64,000 bases of DNA. Origin: Octopus sinensis. Taxonomy: Eukaryota. Position numbers and translations under genes: made by a program. This document shows, one piece after another, positions 48,476 to 61,502 of this stretch. The stretch lies in the NCBI RefSeq assembly GCF_006345805.1, contig NW_021836174.1:1-64000 (forward strand). Direction: 5' to 3'. The first letter of the stretch is position 1, and every line of letters begins with the position of its first letter. Under the pieces are notes generated by a model. That model made no database searches. It worked only from the letters and a program-made list of their open reading frames with translations, and was not told the origin of the DNA.

Positions 48476-48920
48476 CTAAAGGATATTCAGCTGTGGTTCA
48501 TAATTTTTAATGAGTATGATTTCCTTATTTAAAGGGAATTGGGTTGAAGTATTTCTGGTGTATTGATAGAGAGAGAAGATTTGGTATTTTGGGTTTATGC
48601 TTATGGGGCATTGATCTAGGTGTTTGCTTACTCGATTTTTCCAAGTCATGGGGTCCCAGATTTGTTTCCAGTGTATCATTACTCTGTCCCTCAAGGTTAA
48701 ACTGGATTCACCTCTGTAATCCCTACCAGACCCTCCACCCTTTGAGAACATAGATTAAGTTCTTCGAAGTGCAGGTGAAGTGATTTCTTATGGTAAAAGT
48801 TTGACCTGACTTAAATTTGTATGTTGAGCTCTCTAAGAGAAAGATGCAAGTTCCGCAGTTAGAGCAGTTGGACTTTTTGACTAGTGGGGTTGTATTTTTG
48901 GTGAGTAATTTGGCGCTGGT
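48476..48920 (-). mobile_element. Penelope-like element GIY-YIG endonuclease remnant
   Basis: CSNCGTC...FTIRNHFTCTSKNLIYVL, frameshift, then GRDYRGE..LTLRDRV..H...VSKHL..C...KEI..IK.Y.PQLN*. Confidence 0.78.
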
Positions 48921-49669
48921 GGGTAACTTCTTTAGGGATTATGGTTGTCTCTTCCTTTAATAATCCTATGTGTTTCCAGTGCCTCTTTCGTTCGCAGGTC
49001 CTTCATGGTGGATGATGTTCTACACTTCCATGTTCCTTGGATTGTGTGTTGATACATAAGATAAAATTTTAAGCATGCCATGGTTTTTTTCTTGTTTTCC
49101 GATATTCTTGGATGTTTATCATGTTTTCACATTCTATTCCCTTTTTGATTAAACTGACTGGGTATTTTCTATCTAGTAATGTGTTTTTAATTTCTCGGAG
49201 CCGCTTTTGTCAAGTTTCAGGATTTGATGCAATCGTGCAAATTCTTCTTGCTAAGTTGTACAGTTTACAAACAGAGAAAGTGAGTTAGAATATTTAAACT
49301 TATTGCGCATGCAGAGCAGAGATCAAGGTCAATCTTTGCCCAACGACTCCATTCTGCGTGCTTTATCTTCATTACTATGGCAAAAGTCTAGATATTTATT
49401 GATCAGACCTTGTTTTCTTTTTTTTTTTTTTACCCTTCTGTCCGAGTCAGTCGCGATGATAGATCGTTAGCCACAACACACATGTTTTTCTCTCCTTGTT
49501 TTTTCTGTGTCCCTTTCTGTAGAAAAGCATAGACTCGAAACGTAAAAGACTTTTTCTATTCCTGAGCGTTATACTAATACATCTGTTTGTTGTCAACACC
49601 ACCTGTCTTCGTCTTTTGTTTTTTTTGTAAACTCTCCCTATATATATATATACTCTATGTTTCATGTTA

Positions 49670-49810
49670 TCTTTATATATATAAAACTGAGAATGTGTGT
49701 CTGTCTGTCTGTCTGTCTCCCTAAAACTTGAGAACTACACAACCAATTTCATTCAAATTTTACACATGCACTAGCACTATGACCCATCAACGACGGGTCT
49801 TTAATGCTAG
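49670..49810 (+). mobile_element. Mini Helitron-like element
   Basis: A|TC start, (TCTG)n, hairpin gaccc-atcaacgac-gggtc, CTAG end. Confidence 0.6.
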
Positions 49811-49837
49811 CACATATATATATACATACTCTCTCTC

Positions 49838-49897
<60 letters not shown>

Positions 49898-50017
49898 ATA
49901 TATACATATTCTATATATATATATATATATATATATACATACTTTATATATATACATACTCTATATATATATACTCTATGTTTCATGTTAATCTTTTTTC
50001 TTTTATAATTTTCCAAG

Positions 50018-50134
50018 AATATAACTGCAGCAGTTTTCAATTTCGGTGCAATAATGGTTTTTGTATACACCGTTCTCGAAAATGCAATTCCTACACTGAC
50101 TGTACTGATGGATCTGATGAAGGCGCCTTCTGTG
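50018..50134 (+). CDS. LRP2: LRP2-like exon, LDLa
   Basis: ttccaag|...|gtaaag (AAG acceptor); 117 nt; CSSFQFRCNNGFCIHRSRKCNSYTDCTDGSDEGAFC. Confidence 0.88.
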
Positions 50135-50318
50135 GTAAAGAAACATAAATTTATTTATAATAATGTTTTATTTGCAACAACTACAAATGAACAATGTTAA
50201 ATCAAAATGCAACCTGATAGCAAGTAAACATCATGATGGTGACACAGAGCAACAGTGGACCTGTCCATCCACGGTAATATATGGGCTAATGTATGAGTGG
50301 TGTTTCAAAGCTGCAATA

Positions 50319-50536
50319 CGAGGTGGTACTGAGAAGTTCCAGGCTTTAGCAGTATTGCATAATGCCTAGATGGAGGGCCCCAAATTCTGAGTCCTCTAGC
50401 AGTCTTAGAAAAACTGGAAGACCACTGTGATAAGTGTGCGAATCTGAGAGGGGAATATGTTGACTGAAATCATAATTAACTGATCTTCGTGTATTTTCAT
50501 TTACCCAAAGCCAGGAACTTCTCAGCACCCTTTTGC
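50319..50536. mobile_element. Tc1/mariner-type MITE
   Basis: TIR cgaggtggtactgagaagttcc / ggaacttctcagcaccc; second copy at 51844-52061. Confidence 0.65.
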
Positions 50537-51129
50537 ACATGTGTGTATGTATGCATGTATGTGTTTGTGTGTCTGTGTGTGTGTATGTGTATATATATAT
50601 ATAATATATAAATTAGATATTTGTTGTGCAAGATTTTTTAAACAGAAGATGCAGATATTACAGGCATCCCCCCCACACACACACACACTAAATAAACATA
50701 GATGCACATAGAGATATAAGCATGCGCAAATGAAGACATGCAATAGAAATACAAAATGGCTGACGGTTAGTAAAGAGAGACACAAATAAGAAAGAAGAAA
50801 ACAAAGGACCACTGATGCGGTCACAGGAGTGTGACGAAAGAACTCTGGCCGAAATAAGATTAAGATTAAAGTAAAAAATAAATAACTCTGAAGCAAAATA
50901 ACACCAAATATATAGTGCGTGTGTTTTTATTGGCTAAACTGGCAAAATGACCATTCCGAAATATAACAATATATAAATTAGAAATAAAACCTCTATTATG
51001 CAACTCAAACAGTGATAGACATCAGCTAAAACATAAATAACAAATATTATATATTTTTATAAAACATAAAACTAGATCTCAAAAAGTAAAAAAATGAATG
51101 ATCAATATATATACATATATATAAAAATA

Positions 51130-51786
51130 TTACATTTCTAAATATCTCAGAGAGATATAAGCAGTAGTGGTATGATAGAGTAGTTGTATACTGTCAGCTT
51201 AACATGACAGTCCCATAAAGGGAATCACACCACTGCTATTTAGCCCTAGGAAGCAGCACCGCTTCCTGTTGGCCTTGACAAATTTCCTGTGACCTTATGT
51301 TTATAAGGGGGAGACAAGCACCTCCACCCAGCTAAGCCTGGACCCAGAGACTAGTTTCTTAGTCTTTCCCCGTCTGTGTGTCATCAGCTGTGGTTGATTC
51401 CCTTCATGGGACTGTCACATTAAGTTGACAGTATACAATTACTCTATCGTACCACCACTGCTTATCTCTGAGATATTTAGAAATGTATTATTTCTATTTT
51501 TTAAATCAGTGAATGTATTTCACTAGAATTCATATATGTTTGCAGGGACTAGACAAGCATCTCCAACTAGCAGGCCATGCTACAGCAGACTGATGACGAG
51601 GGAAGACTCAGAAACTAGTCTCTGGTTGCAGGCTTAGCTGGGTGGAGGTGCTTGTCTCCCCCTTGTAAACATAAGGACACAGAAAATTTGTCAAGGCCAA
51701 CAGGAAGTGTTGATGCTTCCTAGGGCTAAATAGCAGTGGTGTGATTCCCTTCATGGGACTGTCATATTAAGTTAACAGTAAACAAC

Positions 51787-51790
<4 letters not shown>
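51130..51790. mobile_element. Penelope-like pseudo-LTR cluster (one inverted copy plus tandem partial copies)
   Basis: 51131-51375 is inverted relative to both 51383-51490 and 51580-51790; carries a hammerhead motif. Confidence 0.62.
51586..51624 (+). ncRNA. Minimal hammerhead ribozyme with a stem II terminal mismatch
   Basis: caga-CTGATGA-c.gag(ggaaga)ctc.a-GAAA-ctag-TC^tctg; palindromic ACTAGT at stem III. Confidence 0.6.
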
Positions 51791-51829
<39 letters not shown>

Positions 51830-51843
51830 GACACACACACTCA

Positions 51844-52061
51844 CAAGGGGGAGCTGAAAAGTTCCTGGCTTTAAAGATATCATGAAAAGCCTGGTTTAAG
51901 GCTCAACCTTCCAAGTTCTTTTACAGGGATTAGATAACCTGAAGGACTACTGCAATAAGTGTTTGAATCTGAGAGGAGAATATGTTGGATAAAACCATAA
52001 TTAAACTGATCCTCCTGTATTTTCTTTAACCCAAGGCCAGGAACTTTCCAGCACCCCCTCA
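51844..52061. mobile_element. Tc1/mariner-type MITE
   Basis: gggggagctgaaaagttcctggc / gccaggaactttccagcaccccc. Confidence 0.68.
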
Positions 52062-53530
52062 TATGTTTACCCTACCAAGCTCACATTTATTAACCCTCAT
52101 CTTACACCCTTGCTTCTGCTCCCTATCTACTCACAACTGAACCTCCTTTTCATCCGGCTTCTCTTTAACACACACACAGCCCTCAATCTCTCATCTCCCT
52201 ACCAACTGTACTAATCACACCATTCTCATCACTCTGCCCACTTACCCTTCAGCAAACCTTGATATTGGAGACTGCATTCGGCCACTTTCATCCTTCCGCC
52301 TACCTCCATCCAATACACAGTAACTTCACCATGATGTACTGCCAGCCAACACTCACTTTCCCTCCTCTGAACCATCTTTTCACCTACCATCTATCCAACC
52401 ACCTCAAAATATCGGAAATACGAAAGAGAGGCAACTCTGGAGCTAAAAATTCTGTATTTCCCATTGATAACAGCTAAAGAGCTACAAACACAGCATCTGG
52501 GAATTCTACAGGGGGCAGCACTGAACAGAGATGGTATTTTCACACCTTTTTACCATAGAAAATAATTTTTCTCAATGGTAAGCGCAGTAGATTTGCCTTT
52601 AGCAGTTGAAATATGTCACAAACATATATTTTATCTCACCTAAACTTTGCTTATGCCTAAACACTGCTCGGCGATGATACTGCTGTAATTTTTTCTCACC
52701 TGGCAGTCTAAAGGTGCAACTCAGTCAAGGTTGTTGACTGTGTTTTAGTCAAAAGTTTGGCTCCTTTCGGTATTTCCCATTGAAGATGGCTAAAGAACTT
52801 CAAACACAGTATCTAGGAATTTGACAAAGGGCAGCACTAGACAGATATGGTGCTTTTACACCTTTTTATCATAAGAAAGAATATTTTTGTTCATTGCGAC
52901 AGCAGTGAATTTGCCTTTTTAGAAGTTGAAATTTATCACAAGCATATTTTAACTATCCTAAAGTTCACACACACGCACACATATACACACACACAAATGC
53001 ACACACACATACACACACACACATTTTCTCTCTCCATTCTTTTACTCCCTCCATTTGTTTTCTGTCCGCATTCCTTTCTGTAGAAAGGCATAGGCAGAAA
53101 ACGTCAAAGACTCTTCCATTTTCCCTAAGCATCTAATACACCTTGTTATTGTTCCTTCATCTGTCTCCGTCTTTGTTTTTTTTGTTTTTTTTTGTACAGT
53201 TTTAGAACCATATCTGTGTATGTGTGTGTTTATGTGTGTATATATAAACACTCATACACACACTTAGCAGGATAGATATATAAAGGTAAAGCTACATTTG
53301 TTTCATATATATATATATATAATTTAATATATATATATATATATATATGATATATATAATTTAATACACATAATGTAATATACTGATTTACAATAGATTA
53401 TAAAACAACTCCCCCTGCACACACACACACACACATGCACATACACACAAACATGCACACACACACACATACACACACACTCACTCACTCACTCACATAC
53501 ACACATTTTAATATTTTGATTTCTTTACAG

Positions 53531-53767
53531 CTAATCATACTTGTCTTCCATATTTCTTCAAGTGTGATGGTTATAAATGCTTATCTCAATCGTTTCTCTG
53601 CAATGGAAGACGAAATTGCCGAGATGGGAGTGATGAACGCAACTGCCCAGAGGCAAAATGTTCTCCATATCAATGGAAATGTCCAACATCAAATATTTGT
53701 ATCCACAAAATGCGTCACTGTGATGGTGTAGCAAACTGTGAAGATGGAAGTGATGAAGTTGGATGTA
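53531..53767 (+). CDS. LRP2: LRP2-like exon, two LDLa repeats
   Basis: ttacag|...|gtaagt; 237 nt; CLPYFFKC...GSDERNC and CSPYQWKC...GSDEVGC. Confidence 0.93.
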
Positions 53768-54399
53768 GTAAGTAAAAATGTATAATTTTTTGTGAATATT
53801 TGTGTCTGAGCAAAGTGGTTGATTCAGTTGGTCTTTTGTTTGATTTCAGTTTCTCTCTTCTCTTTTCTGAAGAAAAGAGGCAATGCAGAGATCATAACTT
53901 TTGTATATATCTACTGAGAATACATCCAAGTCCTTTGTGCATCAGAGTAAATACACACAAATAAACAATCTCTTTCACCCTATAATGTTGGTTTCAAATT
54001 TTAGTGCAAGGCCAGCAGTTTCATGGGTTGATTGCATTGACCCCAGTTCTCAACTGGGACTTATTTTATTGACCCTTAAAGGATTAATGTAAAGTTGGCC
54101 TCGGTGTAAATCAAAACATAAATGTGAATGAAATGTCATTAAGCATCTTGCCCGGCATGCTAACGATTATGCCAGCATGCTGCCTTCTTTCAATCTATAA
54201 TCATATTTATACCGGTCATTTAATGTTGGTTTCCCATGCTAGCACAAGCTGAATGGTTTGACAAGTGCTGGTAAGCCAGAGAGCTGCATTAGGCTCCACT
54301 TGTCTGTTCTACTATGGTTTCCACAGCTGGATGAGCTTCCTAACAAACAACCACCTTACAGAGTGCACTGGGTGCTTTTCAGGCATCACTAGCACATAC

Positions 54400-54840
54400 A
54401 CGTTTTACATGGCACCAGCAGGCATGCGTTTTACATGGCACCAGCACAGACGATTTTTATGTGGCACCAGCACAAATACCTTTTTTATGTAGCACCATCA
54501 CAGGTGCATTTTATGTGGCACCAGCACATTTGGCACCAGCACTGGTGCATTTTATGTGGCACCAGCACAAGTGCAGTTTATGTGGAACCGGCACAGGTGC
54601 ATTTTATGTGGAACCAACAGAGGTGCATGTTACGTGGCATTATCACAGGTGCATTTTATGGGGCATCTGCACAGGTGCATTTTATGTGGCACCAACACTG
54701 GTGCATTTTATGTGGCACCAACACTGGTGCATTTTATGTGGAGCTAGCACAGGTGCATTTCATACCAACACAGGTGCATTTTATGTGGAACCAGCACAGG
54801 TGCATTTAATGTGACATCAACACAAGTGCATTTTATGAAT
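54400..54840 (-). repeat. Minisatellite, ~26-bp unit
   Basis: ttttatgtggcaccagcacaggtgca repeated; reverse complement of the 18241 seed. Confidence 0.88.
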
Positions 54841-55507
54841 CATCAACCGGATTGCCAAGTGGCTTGCAAGAGAAAGACGTCTCTGCTGAGAGAGAGAATG
54901 GAACAAAGAGGAGTCACTCTTGTGTCTTACCTTGCAAACTTTTCCCTCTACTTCGTAGTGTATTGTGACTGGACATCAAAACCTTGACAGCAGCGATTAA
55001 TACTAAAATATCAGTTGTCAGGAATGTATTTAGTTTGTAAAAATTGGTTTATTTAATAGTGCTACACTCACTAACATAGCTATAGAGGGGTGGAAAGGGT
55101 GGTCCACGCCGTGTGGAACTTTTATGGGCTCTGTTGTTGGCTATAAGCTTGCATGGGCCGTACCACCACTGATTACACTGCTAAACTTACTGGGTCCTTA
55201 AGCAGAGTGATCATGGGTAGTTGATGCGTTGTATGTAGTGCTGATGAAACAGAAATAACTTCTGAAATATGCATATACACCCATCACCTTTATTTTACTG
55301 TCTGCTTCAATATACCAGAACACAAGCTATCAAATTACTTAGGAAGTGAGAGAGAGTGAGAAATGGTTTGGTAACTTCCAATTCTTTTCCCCCGCCTCCT
55401 CTGTATGCATCTTATTAAAAATACGCAGTCTGTGGACCAATTCAAAAGACTAATAGCCAAAAAAATGCATTAGTGTCTAACAGTACTTTTATTTTGATAT
55501 TACTCAG

Positions 55508-55636
55508 ATGTAACAACTGCTGAAGGTTGTCGAGAAGGATATTTCCGGTGCTTAGGTGGATCGTGTCTTCCCAATAATTGGCATTGTGATGGTCACAAGG
55601 ATTGTGAATCTGGATCTGATGAAAATTCAACCTGTA
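55508..55636 (+). CDS. LRP2: LRP2-like exon, LDLa
   Basis: actcag|...|gtaagt; 129 nt; [36 protein letters not shown]. Confidence 0.93.
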
Positions 55637-57569
55637 GTAAGTGATGGAAACCTATATTTAAAAATTTTTATCTACAGATTTGTTTTTATAGGGCAGTTTT
55701 ATCCGTACTGTTTCTTTCATTATTTTACATCCACTCTCACTCACATCCATTAAAAAATATAAATATAGAGCCCGGAAACTAAGAGACAGACAGACCAGAA
55801 GCAGACCTGTAGTCAAGGGGGCATATCATTGATGAAGCTGTGAATGACAACAAAAGGGCTTTTGCAAACCTAAGGGATTGATCAACTGAATGATTAATCA
55901 AACAATCAATTAGTTAATTGTTTAGATGATCAACTAATTGACCAACAATAATAAAAGAAGTGAAATAGAATCAGTGTGCATGTGTTTATTACTGGCATAA
56001 TGACCCTCCCAAGATACAACAAAATTATAATTATTTTAATCAAATCCAAGTGAATGGTTACTTGTTTCAGTTACTGGAATGTGGCCAAGCTGGGGCACCA
56101 CCTGGAAAGGTTTTAGTCAAGCAAAACAACCCCAGTACTTGCACTTTTTTAAAGTCAGGTACTTATTTTATCAGTATCTTTTGTTGAACTGCTACATTAT
56201 GGCAACTGAAGCAGACCAACACCAGCTGTTATATGGTAGGTGGGACAGAGACACAAATACACACACACATGCACACATATAAATATATATACAGTTGTAG
56301 CCAAAAGTTTGGAACATAGGTCTGAAAATTAGAATATTTTCTGAGTGCCCAAATATGTATGTTGTATATATTTGAACCAGTCGCCTTAGTCTACTCTGTC
56401 AAAATAGGTACCAGCTTGTACAGCTCCACCCTCCCTCTATCTCTATCTCTATCTCTCCCCCTTCTCTGTTGGACGGTTTGACTGAGGACTGGCGAACCAG
56501 ATGGCTGCACCAGGCTCCAATCTTGTAGTTGTCCCATCCTGAATGTTCAACTAAGTCAAAAGTGAGAGGATATAAGGCAATGTTTCACAAACCTTTTTTG
56601 TTACTTATGGACCCTCTGATTCTTATTTTGCTTGGATGGACCCTCAAAGCAATTCATCCATATCATCTAACGTTCACTCTCCATGCCCACTTGAACAGGA
56701 CAGTTTGATATGGAGCTAACAAGCAGGGAGCTATCCAGACTCCAGCTATCTGTTGTGGCATGGTTCCTATGGCTGGATACCCTACCTAATACCAACCGAG
56801 TGTGCTGGGTTTCTTTTACCATGTATGAATGCATGTATGTATGCATGTTTGTCTATATGTATGTATATTCAATGTTTAAAAACTTCAACTGTAATTTTAC
56901 AACTTAATCTTCATCCTCATCGTTTAACGTCCGCTCTCCATGCTAGCATGGGTTGGACGGTTTGACTGAGGACTGGCGAACCAGATGGCTGCACCAGGCT
57001 CCAATCTTGATCTGGCAGAGTTTCTACAGCTGGATGCCCTTCCTAACGCCAACCACTCCGAGAGTGTAGTGGCTGCTTTTACGTGCCACCGGCATGGGGT
57101 CCAGTCAGGCGGTACTGACAACGACCTCACTCAAATCTTTTTACACATGCCAACGGCACAGGTGCTAGTAAGGCGATGTTGGTAATGATCACACTCGAAT
57201 GGTGTCTCTTACATGCCACCGGCACGGAAGCCAGTTAGCCGCTCTGGCAACGATCACGCTCGGATGGTGCTCATGCCCGTCATTGAATTTCACTTTGATT
57301 TTGATTTTTAGGAATTGTATTAAAAACTTGTTCAAAATAATTTGTGTATTGTAGAAGTATAACTGAGTTTATTGCACATAAACTTTGACAACAAAATCTT
57401 ATTGGGACCCCAAGGGTCAAATGGACACTGGTTGAGAACCTGTTATTTTTATAGTGTCTCTGTCAACTCATGACTGCCCAAACCCCTAAAACAATAGGAA
57501 GAAACGAGGTGCATATTGCAAGCCTGTTGCTCATTTGTCAGTGATGACTATCAATGTACGTCTTTTACT

Positions 57570-57792
57570 TTTTTAATCTTTTATTTGTTTCAGTCATTTG
57601 ACTGTGACCATGCTGGAGCACCGCCTTTAGTCGAGCAAATCGAGCCCAGGATTTATTCTTTGTAAGCCTAGTACTTATTCTATCGGTCTCTTTTGCTGAA
57701 CCACTAAGTTACGGGGACGTAAATACACCAGCATCGGTTGTCAAGCAATGTTGGGGGGGGACAAACACAGATACACAAACATATACACACAC

Positions 57793-57842
<50 letters not shown>

Positions 57843-58030
57843 TATATATATATACACACATATATATACAATGGGCTTCTTTCAGTTTCCGCCTACCAAA
57901 TCCACTCATAAGGCTTTGGTCAACCCGAGGCTATAGTAGAAGACACTTGCCCAAGGTGCCATGCAGTTGGACTGAACCCAGAACCATGTGGTTGGTAAGC
58001 AAGCTACTTACCACACAGCCACTCCTATGC
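57570..58030 (-). mobile_element. SINE family B, full length
   Basis: Reverse complement of 37848-38230. Confidence 0.82.
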
Positions 58031-58120
58031 CTATGTCTGTGTGTGAAATTTTAATTAAATTTTTATGAATTGAGTAAATTGAGTTATATTGTTTTGTTTT
58101 TTTCTTCTTTTCATTTCTAG

Positions 58121-58246
58121 TCACAAAACCATGTCCAGCTCACCGGTTCCGATGCAATACTGGTTTATGTATTCCTAAAAGTTGGGTCTGTGATCACATG
58201 AATGACTGTGGAGATAATTCCGATGAAGGCACCGCACAAAATTGTC
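58121..58246 (+). CDS. LRP2: LRP2-like exon, LDLa
   Basis: ttctag|...|gtaaga; 126 nt; [32 protein letters not shown]. Confidence 0.93.
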
Positions 58247-60217
58247 GTAAGATCTCTTAATCCTTCACTTCATTTGTTTTGCTTTTTATTTTATCTTTGT
58301 TACTTTTTTGCTTTGTTTTCTCTTTTTATAAATTTAACAATGATGTTATGATTAAGTGAGTGCTAGCATATTGGTTCCCCATTTTAGCCCAAGACCAGCA
58401 ATCTCAAGGGAGGTAAGTCAATTACATCAATGCCAGTACTTAACTGGTACTTAACTGACAGAATGAAAGGTCCAGTCACTCTCAGCAGAATTTGAACTCA
58501 GAACATGATGGAAAGATAGATGAAATGACTCTCAGCATTTTGCCCATCCTGTTAACGAGTCTGCCAGTTCCTTGCATTCGTTAGAATTAGCAGACTGATT
58601 CTAACATGTAACATGTATGCCCTGACATACCTTCACCATCCTCTCCCTTTCACTCTGGAATAACCATGTCACTCTCCCTACAGCAACATACCTGTTCCTA
58701 TCCCTCTATCATACTTTAATCTCTCATCTTCTGGTATAAAGCCACTTCCTTCAATACCACTCACTCACTCAGATAAGCAGTTTTGTCTTGCGAGCATTTG
58801 GTGACCTTACTAGTGCTGGTGTCATGTAAAAATCACCCAGTAACCCTCTGAGGTGGATGGCATTAGGAATGGCATCCAGCCTTAGAAACCATGCCAAAAC
58901 AGACATGGGGGTTCTGCACAGTCCTCTGGCTTGCCAGTTCTTGTGAATCCAGTTAACCCAGACCAGCATAGAATGACAATGATGATGATATTGATTGCAA
59001 TGAATATTAAAGACTACCTGGAAAGAACTGTGGTTGAGTTCACAGGATTCAAATGTGCCCTTGTTCACTTCCTCACTAGTTGATGTGCTAACAATGAGAG
59101 GGATCAGCTGGAATACTTTAGCACTTCTTAAAGAACTTCTCATGACTATCTCAGTTTTTTCCCAGTGAGAGAAGGCAGGATTTGAATTCAGAGCATGCAA
59201 GGCTGAAATGAATACAGTGAGGCATCACCTTTGAGGGTCTAACACCCAGCTGATCCCTAGCCCTTGCATGACAGTTTATTTATCAGGATCAAACAGATGA
59301 AAGGTGAAGTTGATCTAAGCTGCATTTGAACTCAGACACAGTGACAACTAAAATTAATACTACAGCATATTGTATTCTTTGCTCTAAGAGACTCTAAGAT
59401 ATTCCAGGCATAGAGAGCTTCCCTATTGGGGTGTACATGGAAGGCATTCACTCACCTAAATCTCTCTTCTATGCTCAACTTAGCTCTGGTCTCAGGTACC
59501 AAGGCCACCCACTTCTCCAAAGACCTGCTCAAAAGCCTGCAAGATATACCCAAAGACACAGGAATGAGAGGCACTGAGCAGAGCCCAGTGGAGGAGTTCT
59601 TGTTACTGAACCATCTGCAGCTTTGAGGCAACCCGGATCCACATCTTGAAGGGGAAAAGAGCCCAGGATAAAGCAGGGTCCAACTTCGAAATGATGGAGG
59701 TCAGTACTGTAATGTCCCCAATTGGATCTGCAGTTCCTAGATAAGTCAGAATCCCCACACAAGACAATACAGTGAAACATCAAACTAAGAACACTGCATC
59801 CTACTGCACCTTCATTCAAGACATTTGCTTGGAGGATTTTGGTCCCAAATGTTTTAGAACTGGAAAAATATATATTCTCATTAGCACACCACAAATTATC
59901 CAAAAATACAATTAAAAATCTTACCAACATCATCGTTATCATCATCATAATCCTGCTCCTCCTCCTCCTCACCATCATGTAATGCCCATTTTCCATGCTG
60001 GCAGGGGTCAAATGGCATGACAGGATCTGACAAAAGCTGCAGAGCTGTGTCAAGCTTCTATGTCAACTTTGGCACAGTTTCTACAGCTGGATGCCCTTCC
60101 TCTGTTTGTTGAATTAAGTCTCTCTTTAATACTTGATAAGTAATTTAATATCGCATGTCGCTGTTGTTGTTGTTGTTGAAAATGGCATGTTTATTATTTT
60201 TGTTTATTCTATTTTAG

Positions 60218-60349
60218 CCAGTCCAAAATTCAGATGTTCCTATAGAGAGTGGCAGTGTCCTGGCGGACACCAAATTTGTATAAGTCTATCAAAGATCTGT
60301 GATGGTAAAACTGATTGTCCAGGAGGCACTGATGAAAGTGCTACCTGTA
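60218..60349 (+). CDS. LRP2: LRP2-like exon, eighth LDLa of cluster II
   Basis: ttttag|...|gtaagt; 132 nt; FRCSYREWQCPGGHQICISLSKICDGKTDCPGGTDES, similar to recalled megalin FRCPSWQWQCLGHNICV...CPNGTDES. Confidence 0.94.
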
Positions 60350-60889
60350 GTAAGTCTTCTGTTTGAATACCTACCTCTATATACATAAATATTTCATCTG
60401 TACACATATATGCGCTCACATTCACATACATATACATACTTACAAAAACACACAAACACATATCTATTTATATATACCTTAGGATGCACAAACGGATGGA
60501 AAAGAAATCAATATCTGTTGAAGAGTATAAAGAAACAGATACTTCTTGATCAAGTTATATGTGGTACCTAAAAGCTAATGATAACATATAAAATCAAATG
60601 GAAAATTTCTTATATTACTTACTGTAGTAATAAAAATATTAAACCAACATATTTTTGGATCTATTCAGCATTTGCAGATATTTTTCATATATGTATATTT
60701 TATATAATTTAACATTTATTCTGTATTATTATCAATTTTCAATATGTTCGTTGCCTAATTTCCTTACTCCATCCTTGTTTTATATAACTTTGTTGTGATC
60801 ATCCCTCATATGTTTTGCAGCTTCCATGTTTTAAATTTATTGCATGTATGTAGGAGCTCTCGTAGCTCATAAAAGTCAAATTATTACTA

Positions 60890-61447
60890 TCACCATTATT
60901 TTTTCACATGCCATCAAAGTGACACTGGAGTAAAATATACAAAACCCAGTATACCCATCTTGACTACCCGTCTGATAAGGGTACACCGGGTACATGCATC
61001 ACAACCATATGTGCATGACAAGGTGATCTCATATCAAGATAAACAGCACATGACCTTGCAGGTGGGGTCCAGTTAGAATTTTCTTCAGGTTGAGTGGCCC
61101 ATCCTGCTCAAAAGGTCCCCGAATAAGGGTTGTTTAAGGATGTTCAACGAAATACCCATATTTCCAGAGGTGAATTATTCAAACCCCAAAGAATCCCTCT
61201 CAACACATGGCTATGATGCTCCCCCACTACTTCTGCTCGTGATCAGAGATGCACATATCGTCAGCCACTAAGGGACATGGTCAACTGGTTAAGGTCAAGC
61301 AACTGACAAGCAAATCTATGGTATTGAGCAGAATATTTGCTGTAGCCCATCTTTTATACCAAGACAAAACAATGTACATGATAACACTTCCAATCAGTTA
61401 AGATCAGAAGCTATGAGAGCCACTGCCTGGGACTGCATCAGGGCATT
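60890..61447. repeat. Interspersed repeat family C, copy 3
   Basis: Ends gggcatt followed by (TTA)n; class not determined. Confidence 0.8.
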
Positions 61448-61455
61448 TGTTATTA

Positions 61456-61502
<47 letters not shown>

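Noticed and set aside
50024-50030. Alternative CAG acceptor for exon 50018
   Set aside because: Using it would remove the first cysteine of the LDLa module; the AAG at 50015-50017 keeps the module intact.
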